Below are positions 1-9,506 of a stretch of DNA of 32,000 nucleotides, in pieces. Below the pieces are notes generated by a model. That model worked only from the letters and a program-made list of their open reading frames with translations, had not been told where the DNA came from and made no database searches. Source of the stretch: Wolbachia endosymbiont of Armadillidium arcangelii. GTDB taxonomy: Bacteria; Pseudomonadota; Alphaproteobacteria; Rickettsiales; Anaplasmataceae. How positions within the stretch are numbered: position 1 is the stretch's first letter; each line of letters starts with the position of its first letter. A program made the position numbers and the translations under genes. The stretch is taken from assembly GCF_040207875.1 (NCBI RefSeq), contig NZ_CP157942.1, positions 202,001 through 234,000 of the forward strand, given 5' to 3'.

Positions 1-1
1 T

Positions 2-1003
2 TCTCCAGCACTGACTGACTTTACTTTCATGGTGAAAAACAGCTCATACATGTTTATAACCGGGCCAGATGTAGTAAAAAAAGTTACATACGAGGACGTA
101 AGCCACGAAGATCTTGGTGGAGCAAAAATCCATACAAGCAAAACAGGAGTCGCAGACTTTGCATTTAATAATGATGTTGAAATGCTGCTAAAAATGCGTG
201 AATTCTTCACCTTTTTGCCGGCAAATAATCAACAATCCCCGAAACCTGTACCAATCTGCAATGATGTCGATGATGTTGATGAATCTTTAAACACTTTAAT
301 TCCTCATAATCCTAATACTCCCTACGATATGTATGAACTGATTGAAAAGGTGTGTGATGAAAGGAAGTTCTTTGAACTAAAACCCGATTTTGCTCGTAAC
401 ATCATAATCGGTTTTAGTAGAATTGGAGGTAACACTGTTGGTGTTGTTGCAAATCAACCTATGCATCTTGCGGGATGTTTGGATATTGACTCTTCAAGAA
501 AAGCTGCAAGGTTTGTAAGGTTTTGTGACGCATTTAACATTCCCATCATCACACTTATTGATGTTCCAGGGTTTCTGCCAGGTACAAATCAAGAATACAA
601 TAATATAATACAGCACGGAGCAAAATTGCTTTATGCTTACGCTGAAGCGACCGTGCCGAAAATTAGTTTGATCACCAGAAAAGCGTATGGTGGTGCATAT
701 ATTGTCATGAACTCTAAACATCTAAAAGGTGATATAAATTACGCTTGGCCAACTGCTGAAATAGCTGTGATGGGCCCTGAGGGTGCAGTTGAAATTATAT
801 TTCGACGTGAAAAAGATCAACAAACACTGGCTAAAGAGTACAAAGAAAAGTTCGCTAATCCATTTTTTGCCGCATCACATGGGTATATTGATGATATAAT
901 AGTGCCAAGTAAAACAAGGTATCACTTTCACAAAGCGCTAGAGCTACTCAAAAACAAGAAAGTAGAAAGGATATGGAAAAAGCATGATAACCTACCTCTG
1001 TAA
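2..1003 (+). CDS. pccB: Propionyl-CoA carboxylase beta subunit (carboxyltransferase); 5' end lies outside the window
   Basis: The frame is open from base 2 ([26 protein letters not shown]...), so the listed M at 29 is internal. Typical acyl-CoA carboxyltransferase blocks are present: [52 protein letters not shown]. Confidence 0.9.
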   Translation, partial: SPALTDFTFMVKNSSYMFITGPDVVKKVTYEDVSHEDLGGAKIHTSKTGVADFAFNNDVEMLLKMREFFTFLPANNQQSPKPVPICNDVDDVDESLNTLIPHNPNTPYDMYELIEKVCDERKFFELKPDFARNIIIGFSRIGGNTVGVVANQPMHLAGCLDIDSSRKAARFVRFCDAFNIPIITLIDVPGFLPGTNQEYNNIIQHGAKLLYAYAEATVPKISLITRKAYGGAYIVMNSKHLKGDINYAWPTAEIAVMGPEGAVEIIFRREKDQQTLAKEYKEKFANPFFAASHGYIDDIIVPSKTRYHFHKALELLKNKKVERIWKKHDNLPL

Positions 1004-1056
1004 CTTTCTTTTAAGCCTTGCTTGCAAGTTATGCAATATTATAAGTGTAATCAGTG

Positions 1057-1129
1057 TGCCGTTACCAAGACTCGAACTTGGGACCTCGTCATTACCAATG
1101 ACGTACTCTACCACCTGAGCTACAACGGC
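1057..1129 (-). tRNA. tRNA-Thr (anticodon GGU)
   Basis: The reverse complement folds by hand into a cloverleaf. Acceptor GCCGTTG/TAACGGC, D stem GCTC/GAGT, anticodon stem CGTCA/TGACG with loop TTGGTAA, T arm CCAAG-TTCGAGT-CTTGG, discriminator A. No CCA is encoded. Confidence 0.9.
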
Positions 1130-1157
1130 AAGTTCACGTATTATGATAATGAATAAC

Positions 1158-1292
1158 ATGAAAAAAAATAAGGAAAAAGAAGAAGAGAAAAAAAGATTGG
1201 CAAAAGCTTTAAAGCAAAATATTCTAAAAAGAAAAAAACAGCAACAGAGTAGACAAGATGCCAGAGCTCCCAGAAGTGGAAGTAATCTCTAA
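1158..1292 (+). CDS. Possible 44-codon lysine-rich small ORF (MKKNKEKEEEKKRLAKALKQNILKRKKQQQSRQDARAPRSGSNL)
   Basis: ATG at 1158, TAA at 1290-1292. Too short for the ORF track. Overlaps the mutM start by 35 nt. It could simply be an A-rich leader. Confidence 0.25.
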   Translation: MKKNKEKEEEKKRLAKALKQNILKRKKQQQSRQDARAPRSGSNL

Positions 1293-2073
1293 CTTCTTGC
1301 TTGATAAAATTAAAAACAAGCAAATTAGTAATGTTATAGTTAATAATTGGAATTTACGTACCCCAATAACAAAAAATATTGATGATTTGCTAAAGGGCAA
1401 AATTATAAACGATATCAAGCGTAGAGGTAAATATATAATCTGGCACGCAGATAATAATTCGGCTATAATCATACATCTTGGCATGAGCGGAAAGCTTATA
1501 TATGCTGACCACGATCAAGTGCGGAATAAGCACGATCACGTGGTATTTTTATTTTCTGACAACACTTCAATAATCTTTAATGACCCAAGAAGGTTTGGAT
1601 TAGTGATTGTTTTAAACAGAGAACAAGAACTAAACTTTTTTAATAACCTCGGAATAGAACCTCTCACAGATGAATTCAGTGGAGGCTATCTGCGGGAGTT
1701 GCTGAAGAACAAAAAAGTAAATATCAAATCTGCATTAATGGATAATAAATTGATAGTTGGGGTGGGCAATATATATGCTTCTGAAAGTTTATTTAGAGCC
1801 TGCATATCACCACTTAGGCCAGCACAAGACTTGACATATACAGAGTGCAAAAAACTTGCTACTGAAATAAAAAATACTCTGAGTGATGCAATTGCTACTG
1901 GTGGTTCAACACTGAAAGATTATGCACAGCCATCTGGATTTGCTGGATACTTTCAAAATAACTTTTACGTATATGGTAAAGTGCAAAAGCCTTGCAAGAT
2001 CTGCAACAATATCATAACACTTATACGACAAAATGGGCGTAGCACTTATTTTTGCAATTCATGTCAGAATTAA
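1258..2073 (+). CDS. mutM: Formamidopyrimidine-DNA glycosylase (Fpg/MutM)
   Basis: N-terminal MPELPEVE catalytic signature, an H2TH region, and a C-terminal zinc finger CKICNN...YFCNSCQ. Confidence 0.95.
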   Translation: MPELPEVEVISNFLLDKIKNKQISNVIVNNWNLRTPITKNIDDLLKGKIINDIKRRGKYIIWHADNNSAIIIHLGMSGKLIYADHDQVRNKHDHVVFLFSDNTSIIFNDPRRFGLVIVLNREQELNFFNNLGIEPLTDEFSGGYLRELLKNKKVNIKSALMDNKLIVGVGNIYASESLFRACISPLRPAQDLTYTECKKLATEIKNTLSDAIATGGSTLKDYAQPSGFAGYFQNNFYVYGKVQKPCKICNNIITLIRQNGRSTYFCNSCQN

Positions 2074-2082
2074 ATTTTATTT

Positions 2083-2682
2083 TTGAATATGACATTCTTA
2101 CCTAAAAAAGATCCTTTTGATTTGTTTTCAAAGTGGTATGAAGAAGTACTCAATTCGTCATATAGAGAACCACCTGCAATGACACTAGCAACTTGTAGCA
2201 AAGACTGTATTCCATCTGCAAGAGTAGTATTACTAAAGGAATACAGCAAAGAAGATTTTGTGTTTTTCACTAACGTAAACAGTAAAAAAGGGAAAGAATT
2301 GACTGAGAACCCCAAAGCTGCGTTAGTGTTTCACTGGACAGAATTTTCTAGACAAGTACGAATTGAAGGAGAGGTTAAGCTTCTAAGCGGTAAAAAGGCT
2401 GACGAATATTTCTCTTCTCGAGCACGCGATAGTCAAATTAGCGCATGGTGCTCAAAACAATCGAGCGTTCTAAAAAATTGGCAAGATTTTGAGCAAGCCA
2501 TCAAATTGAAGGAGAAGGAATTTTACAACACACAAGTTCCCCGTCCTGACTTTTGGATGGGATTTTGTGTAATACCAAAAGTAATTGAATTTTGGCAAGA
2601 GGGTGAACACAGGAGACATACCAGGTTTAGATATACTCTTGTTGAAGAAAGCAATTGGAAAATAGAACAACTATATCCTTAA
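2083..2682 (+). CDS. pdxH: Pyridoxamine 5'-phosphate oxidase
   Basis: PNPOx blocks are present: ARVVLLKEY...FVFFTN..S.KG.EL..NP.AALVFHW....RQVRIEG and C-terminal IEFWQEGEHRRHTRFRY. Confidence 0.93.
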   Translation: MNMTFLPKKDPFDLFSKWYEEVLNSSYREPPAMTLATCSKDCIPSARVVLLKEYSKEDFVFFTNVNSKKGKELTENPKAALVFHWTEFSRQVRIEGEVKLLSGKKADEYFSSRARDSQISAWCSKQSSVLKNWQDFEQAIKLKEKEFYNTQVPRPDFWMGFCVIPKVIEFWQEGEHRRHTRFRYTLVEESNWKIEQLYP

Positions 2683-3506
2683 TTTTAGATATGCGCTTGA
2701 TGTTATTCAGCCTTTCTTGTCATCCAAGTAAGCTCCCTTATCCTAAAGTTGGGAAACTTGTCTTTTCATTATAAACTCTCTTTAATAGACTACTTCTTTT
2801 TTCTCATCAAGTTTTTCTTAACCTGATGCGCTCCACTGTACAGGTTTTCACATCACTTGCTGGGTGCAGAGATATTGATTTTCGATAAGTCAACTGTTAT
2901 CTACTGATGAGCTAGGTCTGGTATCCTTCATATGTTGTACCAAAAGCTCCATAACCTTTTTTTGCCCAAGAAATTGCTGAAATGAACATAGTGCATTCGG
3001 ATCAACTAACCCAAGAAATCTCTGGAATGCTTGTAGATTCGAGCTATCATTATGCCAGCTACTGTTTTTAAGCAAGAATACTTTATATTGCTCTTGGCAA
3101 CTTATTTGAATTTTTTTCATGCTTGCTATATTCACCAACTTATTAGAATTTCTGAATCAAGTATTTACTGACTCTTTTAGCTATAAACATTAAGAAGTTT
3201 ACCAGCAAAAAAAAAGACAAAGAATCCCCGTAATAGCTAGTTACTCTACTCTTTATTTTAAAATTTGACGTTGGGTGATGTCTTAAACAGCGTTTTTCAG
3301 CTTATGTGGGTAAAAACCCGAAAATTTTGTAAAGACATAGGATGCACATAGTGCAAAAATAGTACACCAAATACAAGTCTTCTTGTCGTTTTAATCTGCA
3401 CAGATTGGGAAGTTAAATAATATAGCTTCATTCTCATGGTAATGAGGTTGACGAAATTTGTCAAGTTGTTTCTATCTGAAACCACAATATTTGTACAGTT
3501 GGAAGA

Positions 3507-3583
<77 letters not shown>

Positions 3584-3656
3584 TCGTTGCTTATTTATTA
3601 TTATATATGCAATAATAAATAATATAAAGAATAAAATCACACTATTACGTATATTT

Positions 3657-5789
3657 ATGTATCTATTAACCTTTTTTAACATAATAGTAAATTATATACG
3701 TAACAATCTACGCAATGAAAAATATAACCTGATACTGTGGGTTCCTGTTTTTCAGTGTGTAGGGGCCTTAACCTATTTTTCCCTAAATTGTGAACCAAGC
3801 TGTATATCTATTTTTCTTTTGCTTTCACCTATACTAATTTTGATTGCCATATTACATAAAAAGTACGCGATATTATGTATCGCTTTAATTGCAGTGCTTG
3901 TAGGATTTACAGCCAGCAAATTAAGAACGGCTTCAATAGACACTAAAATCCTCGACAAAGAAAAGTACGTAAAAGATATTGTTGCTACAGTGAAGGATAT
4001 TAACGATAGGGGCTCATATAAACAATTTTTGCTTTCTGTCTCTACTATCTCAAAATCCTCTCCTGTCATCCCAGCACCCCCTTTTGTCATCCCAGTACTT
4101 GATACTGGGATCCAGAAAAAAAAGATATGGTCACGCGCTGGAATGACACCGGATAGAGCTCTAGATAACATCAGAATATCAGTTATAACTAAAGTGGAAG
4201 AAGGCATTAAAATAGGCGATCAAGTAAAATTATCAGCAAAACTCTTCCCTCTAAAGATTGCGCCTTCGGAGTATGCATATGATTTTGCACGAATAGCATA
4301 TTACCAGAAAATAAGTGCAACAGGTTTTGCAACAAGCAAAATAGTCCTGCACAAGAAGGCTGAAGCAAGGAAATTTCAGGAGTATATAGAATCTTTCCGT
4401 CAGTATATCTATGAAAACCTGCAGCAAAATACCAAAAAACCACATGCGGACATAATTTCTGCATTATTAATTGGCAAAAAAGACGGGATAGATCAAAAAA
4501 CTATGAATGCAATACGAGACTCAGGTATAGCACATTTATTCGCTATATCTGGTCTACATTTATCGTTCGTTGCTGGTCTATTTTTTATAGTATTTCGTAA
4601 TTTATTCGCAATATCTGAAACTTTGACTCTTAAGTATAACACCAAGAAAATATCTGCATTCCTTACTATTTTACCAACCACGTTTTATTTATTGATCACT
4701 GGTATGCAAATTTCCGCTCAGCGTGCCTACATTATGGTGATTTTAGTACTCGTTGCAATAATGATAGAGAGAAAATATCGAGGATTAATAGCAATTGCGT
4801 TTGCTGCTTCGGTGATACTTATAATAGAACCAGAAGCAATCTTAAAACCAGGCTTTCAGATGTCATTTTCTGCTGTCTTGGCGTTGGTTGCCAGTTATCA
4901 GATTAATGCCAATAAATTTTTAAAAATAAAAATAATAAAATATTTTGTGTCGATAATGATCAGCTCAGTAATAGCAAGCTTAGCAACGGTTCCATATACA
5001 ATATATAATTTTAATTATTTTTCAATCAGCGGCATTATTACAAATCTGATTGCCATACCAATAGTTACACTCATTATTATTCCACTTGGAATAATCTATG
5101 TTTTGTTGATTCCCTTAGGCATTGAGTGGATTATAACGCCGCTAATAGAACGACCAATTGAAAGCGTTTTGTACATAACAAATGCAATAGCTAATCTTCA
5201 GTATCTAATTATTCCCATTCGCACTTTTCCTGCCTCATCAATTATTATCATAACACTTGGTTTATTGTGGCTGTGCTTGTGGGAAAGAAATTGGCGTTTC
5301 TTGGGAATTTTCTTTATTGTGCTGGGTATTTGCTTTAGCACCGCATATAAAACCCCCGACATCCTAATAAATGCTGATAATGTTGCTGTAAAAGAAAGTG
5401 ATAACTTACTATATTCTCTCACCAGGAAAAATAGGAACTTTGTTGTCAAAACATGGGCGAAGCAAAATGGGCAGAACCAAATTTTGAATCATACAAAATA
5501 TAGCAATCCAGATAAAAGACTAAAGTGCAACGATTATGGCTGTATATATAATAAAGGAAATAGTAAGTCAGTGTTGCTAGCTTACAAAAAAGAAGATATT
5601 CTAGAAAATTGTGGTAAAGTTGATTTAATAATCCAACTAAGTGAATTCAACTATTCAGTTTGTAATACTAAAACTATCAAATATGCCGATTTAGGAACGT
5701 ATGGCACACATTCTGCTTGGTTAACAAATCGTTACGTAAAGATTAATACAGTGCGCTCCAATAGGCCTTGGCATATGTTGAAAAATTAA
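3657..5789 (+). CDS. comEC: DNA internalization/competence protein ComEC/Rec2 family (polytopic membrane protein)
   Basis: ComEC core block ISALLIGKKDGIDQKTMNAIRDSGIAHLFAISGLHLSFVAGLFF plus many TM helices. The listed start at 3525 runs through the tRNA-Met gene. I moved the start to the first ATG clear of the tRNA (3657, MYLLTFFNII...). Confidence 0.85.
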   Translation: MYLLTFFNIIVNYIRNNLRNEKYNLILWVPVFQCVGALTYFSLNCEPSCISIFLLLSPILILIAILHKKYAILCIALIAVLVGFTASKLRTASIDTKILDKEKYVKDIVATVKDINDRGSYKQFLLSVSTISKSSPVIPAPPFVIPVLDTGIQKKKIWSRAGMTPDRALDNIRISVITKVEEGIKIGDQVKLSAKLFPLKIAPSEYAYDFARIAYYQKISATGFATSKIVLHKKAEARKFQEYIESFRQYIYENLQQNTKKPHADIISALLIGKKDGIDQKTMNAIRDSGIAHLFAISGLHLSFVAGLFFIVFRNLFAISETLTLKYNTKKISAFLTILPTTFYLLITGMQISAQRAYIMVILVLVAIMIERKYRGLIAIAFAASVILIIEPEAILKPGFQMSFSAVLALVASYQINANKFLKIKIIKYFVSIMISSVIASLATVPYTIYNFNYFSISGIITNLIAIPIVTLIIIPLGIIYVLLIPLGIEWIITPLIERPIESVLYITNAIANLQYLIIPIRTFPASSIIIITLGLLWLCLWERNWRFLGIFFIVLGICFSTAYKTPDILINADNVAVKESDNLLYSLTRKNRNFVVKTWAKQNGQNQILNHTKYSNPDKRLKCNDYGCIYNKGNSKSVLLAYKKEDILENCGKVDLIIQLSEFNYSVCNTKTIKYADLGTYGTHSAWLTNRYVKINTVRSNRPWHMLKN
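4064..4150. repeat. Wolbachia palindromic-element-like repeat inserted in frame inside comEC
   Basis: tgtcatcccagcacccccttttgtcatcccagtacttgatactgggatccagaaaaaaaagat... matches the core of the element at 30351-30420 and the repeat at 27585-27702. It translates as PVIPAPPFVIPVLDTGIQKKKIWSRAGMTP without breaking the frame. Confidence 0.6.
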
Positions 5790-5849
5790 GAAACTTGATT
5801 TTAAGGTTGGTTAATGTATACCTAAATAAATTCAAACTAGAAAAATGTT

Positions 5850-7607
5850 ATGGTTACAGACACTAAAGATCCTTTCAAAGACTATTTTGATTTTTTAGGA
5901 TTTAGAAAACTTTCTGACCAGCCCAGTAGAGTTTTGAGCTCTATAAGAAAGTATTCTGGTACTATATCGATAGCAAGTACCATTGCTACTCTTATAGCAT
6001 TTACTGCCTTTTCTATTCAGTCTGTTACAGTAAGTATTGCTGGATTTGCGTTCACGCCAGCACCTCTTGCCTTTATTCCTCTTACAGTTTTCTTACTTAC
6101 TGCTATTATAAACTTTATAAATACACAAAAAATAAAAGAGAATGAAATAGATAAAAAAATAGGAAACTATCAAGTTGACGAACAGTACAGCCAGATTGCT
6201 CAAGAAGCTAAAAAAATTGAAATTGTAACAAATTTAGATAAAAGGGGGGAAAAGCTTTCAATAGTTTTACCAATTTCTAAGACGCAGAGAGAAATACTAG
6301 AAGATATAGAAACAGAAAATAGAAATAGGATTCTCTTGTTTACTGGATCATATGTATTTGGTGCTATTATAGTAGTTTCAGCAACATCACAATCCATTAA
6401 TGCTCCAATAATATTAATAGCTTTATTAGTCGCTATTCTTTTATGCATCATATCAACACTTAGCAATCTAATAAGTAATAGCGTGGATCATGAAAATCAT
6501 ACTATTAGAAAACACAGTTCTTTAGGTCTTCTATTTCCATACTGGTCTGGAAAGGGCATGGTTGTATCAGTGGTAGAAAATAAGCTTGGTAAAAGGGAAA
6601 ATGAACTAATATCTCTAATGGAAAAACTACTTAGTCCGTTTTGCAACTCATTTGACAGTAACCTTAAAAAAGCTTGCGATTTACTTGATAATAGTCTTTT
6701 AAAGCCTGCAAATATTAACATTAAAGAAACGCTTGACAGTATAGGGAAGGATCTCAAAGCTTTACTTGATAAATTAGAAAAAGATATAAAGAAAAATGTA
6801 GATGAGGTGAAAACAACTGCTAGTAAAGAAATAACTGCCTGCCTGAAAGATATTAGTGAAAGTGTGGATGTTCTGTGTAAAGAAGTTAGCAAAGACGTAA
6901 AAGATAAACTGAGTGAAGTGGACGTAGAAAAGGTAATGAGTTTAGTAAACAACTTGAGTAATCTAGCAGAGACTTTAGAAGATAGAATATCTAGACTTAA
7001 ACCTGGAGCCCGTATGGGATTATCTGGAGCGGTTTTTGTAGATGAAAGACTGCCTAACGCACCTAATAACCCCAACCCTCAACAAAATGGGCAAGGAAGC
7101 AGTAGTCGATCTAATGCTAACGGATCTGCAAATAAAGAGATGCAAACTAGTACTAATGAATCCGCAGATCAAGAGATACAGACACAGTTATTAGAAGAAC
7201 ACAACCAACCACATGAGCCTGATAATGAAGATAATACTGATCAACTAGTAGATGAAGAGAAGGAGCTACAAGAACAAATGGCAGTCTTAGAAAAACAAGA
7301 CAGAATAAGGCAGCAGAAAAAAGATTTATTTGAACGAAAAAGAACAGATGAATGGAAAGAAAAAATCAACGGCAAACCAAGTGACTTTCTATATTATTTA
7401 TTAGAATCTATTAAGCTGGAAGAAAAAGATAATAAGGTTGAGGCAACATTACGAAATTTTGATAATAAAATAATAATTCACTGGAAAAATGGCTCTCAAA
7501 CGACTTGCCATATTAAAAAACGAGGTGATCTGCAAATTGAGTCTAGTGCAACAATGTTTATAGACCCAAATGTTCAAGCAGCATTTGAAGTAGCTTGTGC
7601 AAGGTAG
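5850..7607 (+). CDS. Hypothetical membrane protein: two bilobed hydrophobic domains, a coiled-coil region and a Q/N/E-rich low-complexity region
   Basis: Long ORF. Hydrophobic blocks at aa 38-90 and 161-207, each about 50 aa with a short polar break. K/E/L-rich helical region at aa 260-390. The stretch NAPNNPNPQQNGQGSSSRSNANGSANKE is low complexity. No family recognised. Confidence 0.7.
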   Translation: MVTDTKDPFKDYFDFLGFRKLSDQPSRVLSSIRKYSGTISIASTIATLIAFTAFSIQSVTVSIAGFAFTPAPLAFIPLTVFLLTAIINFINTQKIKENEIDKKIGNYQVDEQYSQIAQEAKKIEIVTNLDKRGEKLSIVLPISKTQREILEDIETENRNRILLFTGSYVFGAIIVVSATSQSINAPIILIALLVAILLCIISTLSNLISNSVDHENHTIRKHSSLGLLFPYWSGKGMVVSVVENKLGKRENELISLMEKLLSPFCNSFDSNLKKACDLLDNSLLKPANINIKETLDSIGKDLKALLDKLEKDIKKNVDEVKTTASKEITACLKDISESVDVLCKEVSKDVKDKLSEVDVEKVMSLVNNLSNLAETLEDRISRLKPGARMGLSGAVFVDERLPNAPNNPNPQQNGQGSSSRSNANGSANKEMQTSTNESADQEIQTQLLEEHNQPHEPDNEDNTDQLVDEEKELQEQMAVLEKQDRIRQQKKDLFERKRTDEWKEKINGKPSDFLYYLLESIKLEEKDNKVEATLRNFDNKIIIHWKNGSQTTCHIKKRGDLQIESSATMFIDPNVQAAFEVACAR

Positions 7608-8542
7608 TTGCCATAGACATAACTTTAAACATTAATAGTGATGAGAAAAAATTAAGGTTAGACACCTATATAGCTGAAAAATGCAACATATCGCGCAGTA
7701 AAGCGCAAAGATTGATACAAAATGAGCAGGTGAAATTACTTGGCATACCGATAATTAATAATGACCACATAGTAAAACCAGATGAAGAGTATGTGATGCA
7801 TCTCGTTCAACCTGACATATCCACATCAATTGAGCCTAATTATGACATAAAACTTGATATTGTCTATGAAGATGAGGACATTATAGTTCTGAGTAAACAA
7901 AGTGGATTAACAGTGCACCCAGGTGCTGGGACAAACAATGATACGCTTTTGAATGCAGTTATCGCTTACCTTGATGCAAGACCAAGAATCGTTCACAGGC
8001 TTGATAAAGATACTAGTGGACTAATGGTAATTGCAAAAAATGAAGAAGCCCATGGTTTTTTGTCTGAATTGTTATCAAATCGTAAAATAAAGCGGGAATA
8101 TTTAGCAGTAGTTTGGGGAGCATTACCTTCCCAGCAGGGAACTATAGAAACTAATATCGCTCCCAAACGCGGTAATAAAGAAATGATGTGTGTAACAAAA
8201 ATCACAGGCAAATTAGCAATCACTCACTATTTAGTGCAGAAAATTATAGGACAAGCAAGCCTGGTTAAATGCACTTTAGAGACAGGCAGAACACACCAAA
8301 TTCGAGTCCACATGAGCCACATAGGACATTCCATAGTTGGTGATCAAGTTTACGGCAAAAATAGTAGTAAAAGCACAAAATATGCTAAAAACTCTAGTTT
8401 CATTCGTAATTTCAATAGACAAGCACTACATGCTTACAAATTAGGATTACACCACCCAAAAAGCAAGGAATACATGGAATTTGTCTCTGATTTACCGCAA
8501 GATATAAAAACTTTAATTGGTGAGTTTGACAACATATCTTAA
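7595..8542 (+). CDS. rluD: RluA-family 23S rRNA pseudouridine synthase (RluD-like, with N-terminal S4 domain)
   Basis: HRLDKDTSGLMVIAK catalytic-Asp motif, GRTHQIRVHM motif, and an S4-like segment RLDTYIAEKCNISRSKAQRLIQNEQVKL. The start is a TTG at 7595 and is uncertain, because there is no upstream ATG in frame. Confidence 0.85.
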   Translation: MCKVVAIDITLNINSDEKKLRLDTYIAEKCNISRSKAQRLIQNEQVKLLGIPIINNDHIVKPDEEYVMHLVQPDISTSIEPNYDIKLDIVYEDEDIIVLSKQSGLTVHPGAGTNNDTLLNAVIAYLDARPRIVHRLDKDTSGLMVIAKNEEAHGFLSELLSNRKIKREYLAVVWGALPSQQGTIETNIAPKRGNKEMMCVTKITGKLAITHYLVQKIIGQASLVKCTLETGRTHQIRVHMSHIGHSIVGDQVYGKNSSKSTKYAKNSSFIRNFNRQALHAYKLGLHHPKSKEYMEFVSDLPQDIKTLIGEFDNIS

Positions 8543-8553
8543 TAACATTCGTA

Positions 8554-8760
8554 TTAACCTGTCAATATTATCATCCATGTTATCAAGAAGTTAATTAATG
8601 AGAGAAAAACTGCTGCACTACCTAGATCTTTTACTTTTTTTGAAAGTATATGTTGTTCACTGGAAATACGCTCAATTGTCGTTTCAAAAGCAGTGTTAAC
8701 AATTTCCACAATTAACACCAGGAATAGGCTGCTTATCATTACTGCACGTTCTAGTTGGAT
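8554..8760 (-). pseudogene. dgkA: Diacylglycerol kinase (DgkA) C-terminal half only
   Basis: ERAVMISSLFLVLIVEIVNTAFETTIERISSEQHILSKKVKDLGSAAVFLSLINFLITW aligns from memory with the E. coli DgkA C-terminal half (LLISSVMLVMIVEILNSAIEAVVDRIGSEYHELSGRAKDMGSAAV). A stop lies in frame at 8764-8766, and no N-terminal half was found in any frame upstream. Confidence 0.6.
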
Positions 8761-9506
8761 ACTTCACTAGTACATAAGGAAATAATAAAACCCCAAAACC
8801 TATTAATATCCATTTTGAAATACTATATGCAATGTGTCTATCTATAGCGTACATCTCATGCAAGAATGTTGCAGACCATGCATCTGTAAAGCCTTCTAAT
8901 GGCCCAATCATAAAACCACCGAATAAGCTTATCAATAAAATATCTTTATTGAATATAACCTTGCTTAAATTTCCAATATTTATTTTGTCTGAGGTACCAA
9001 CTCTAGGTATAGACACAAAGGTAGTTAAAGCAAGCAATAATCCGGTTATTATAAATACAGTAAGTCCACCCGAATTCATCAAATAAGATATGTAATGGTT
9101 TAGTGGCAAATATACCACCTAAAATGCCAATAATAGCTGATATGCTAAACATCACAGCGAATTTTTCTCTATGGTAATAGATACTTATTATTTTAAAAAG
9201 TCCAAGTACTGAAGCAGATGATCCAATGCCAGTGATTATTCTTCCAACAATAGAATAACCCCAATTGCTAGAACTAACCAAAGGTAAAGCACCCAAGGAT
9301 GTTAGTGCAATACAAATCGGTACAACAACTTTAGAACCAAATCTATCTAAGAGAATACCTACAGGAATATGTGCTAATACATAGCCTGCATAGTATAACC
9401 CACCAAATTGCCCTATTTCTATTGCTCCTATATTAAACTTTATTGTCAATTCAGAAACTACGACATTTGGAATCATGCGTAATATATATTGGTATGCATA
9501 AAACAA
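8761..9506 (-). pseudogene. MFS transporter, frameshifted and 3'-truncated
   Basis: Two overlapping ORFs (9506->9003 and 9118->8696) read as consecutive MFS segments: FYAYQYILRMIPNVV..LYYAGYVLAHIPVGILLDRFG, then LTVFIITGLL...FTDAWSATFLHEMYAIDRHIA. The frame switch is near 9063-9075, after DEFGW. The frame stays open upstream only to a TAA with no canonical start. Only about 8 of the expected 12 helices are present. Confidence 0.65.

Noticed and set aside
3773-4207. 144-aa minus-strand ORF inside comEC
   Set aside because: It lies antisense to a gene with clear ComEC motifs, and part of it merely translates the palindromic repeat, which reads open on both strands.
6497-7075. 192-aa ORF on the minus strand inside the 585-aa gene
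   Set aside because: It is a Ser/Leu-rich antisense translation of a K/E-rich coding region, which is typical shadow-ORF composition. The + strand ORF is three times longer.
8696-8790. Reading the end of the 140-aa ORF (WILIGFGVLLFPYVLVKYP) as the missing N-terminal half of DgkA in another frame
   Set aside because: The upstream segment fits the MFS pattern (W..(T/P)FL.E.Y.....A......IG...G) better. The conserved DgkA E..FR.E motif is absent, and spacing to candidate residues does not match E. coli or B. subtilis DgkA as I recall them.
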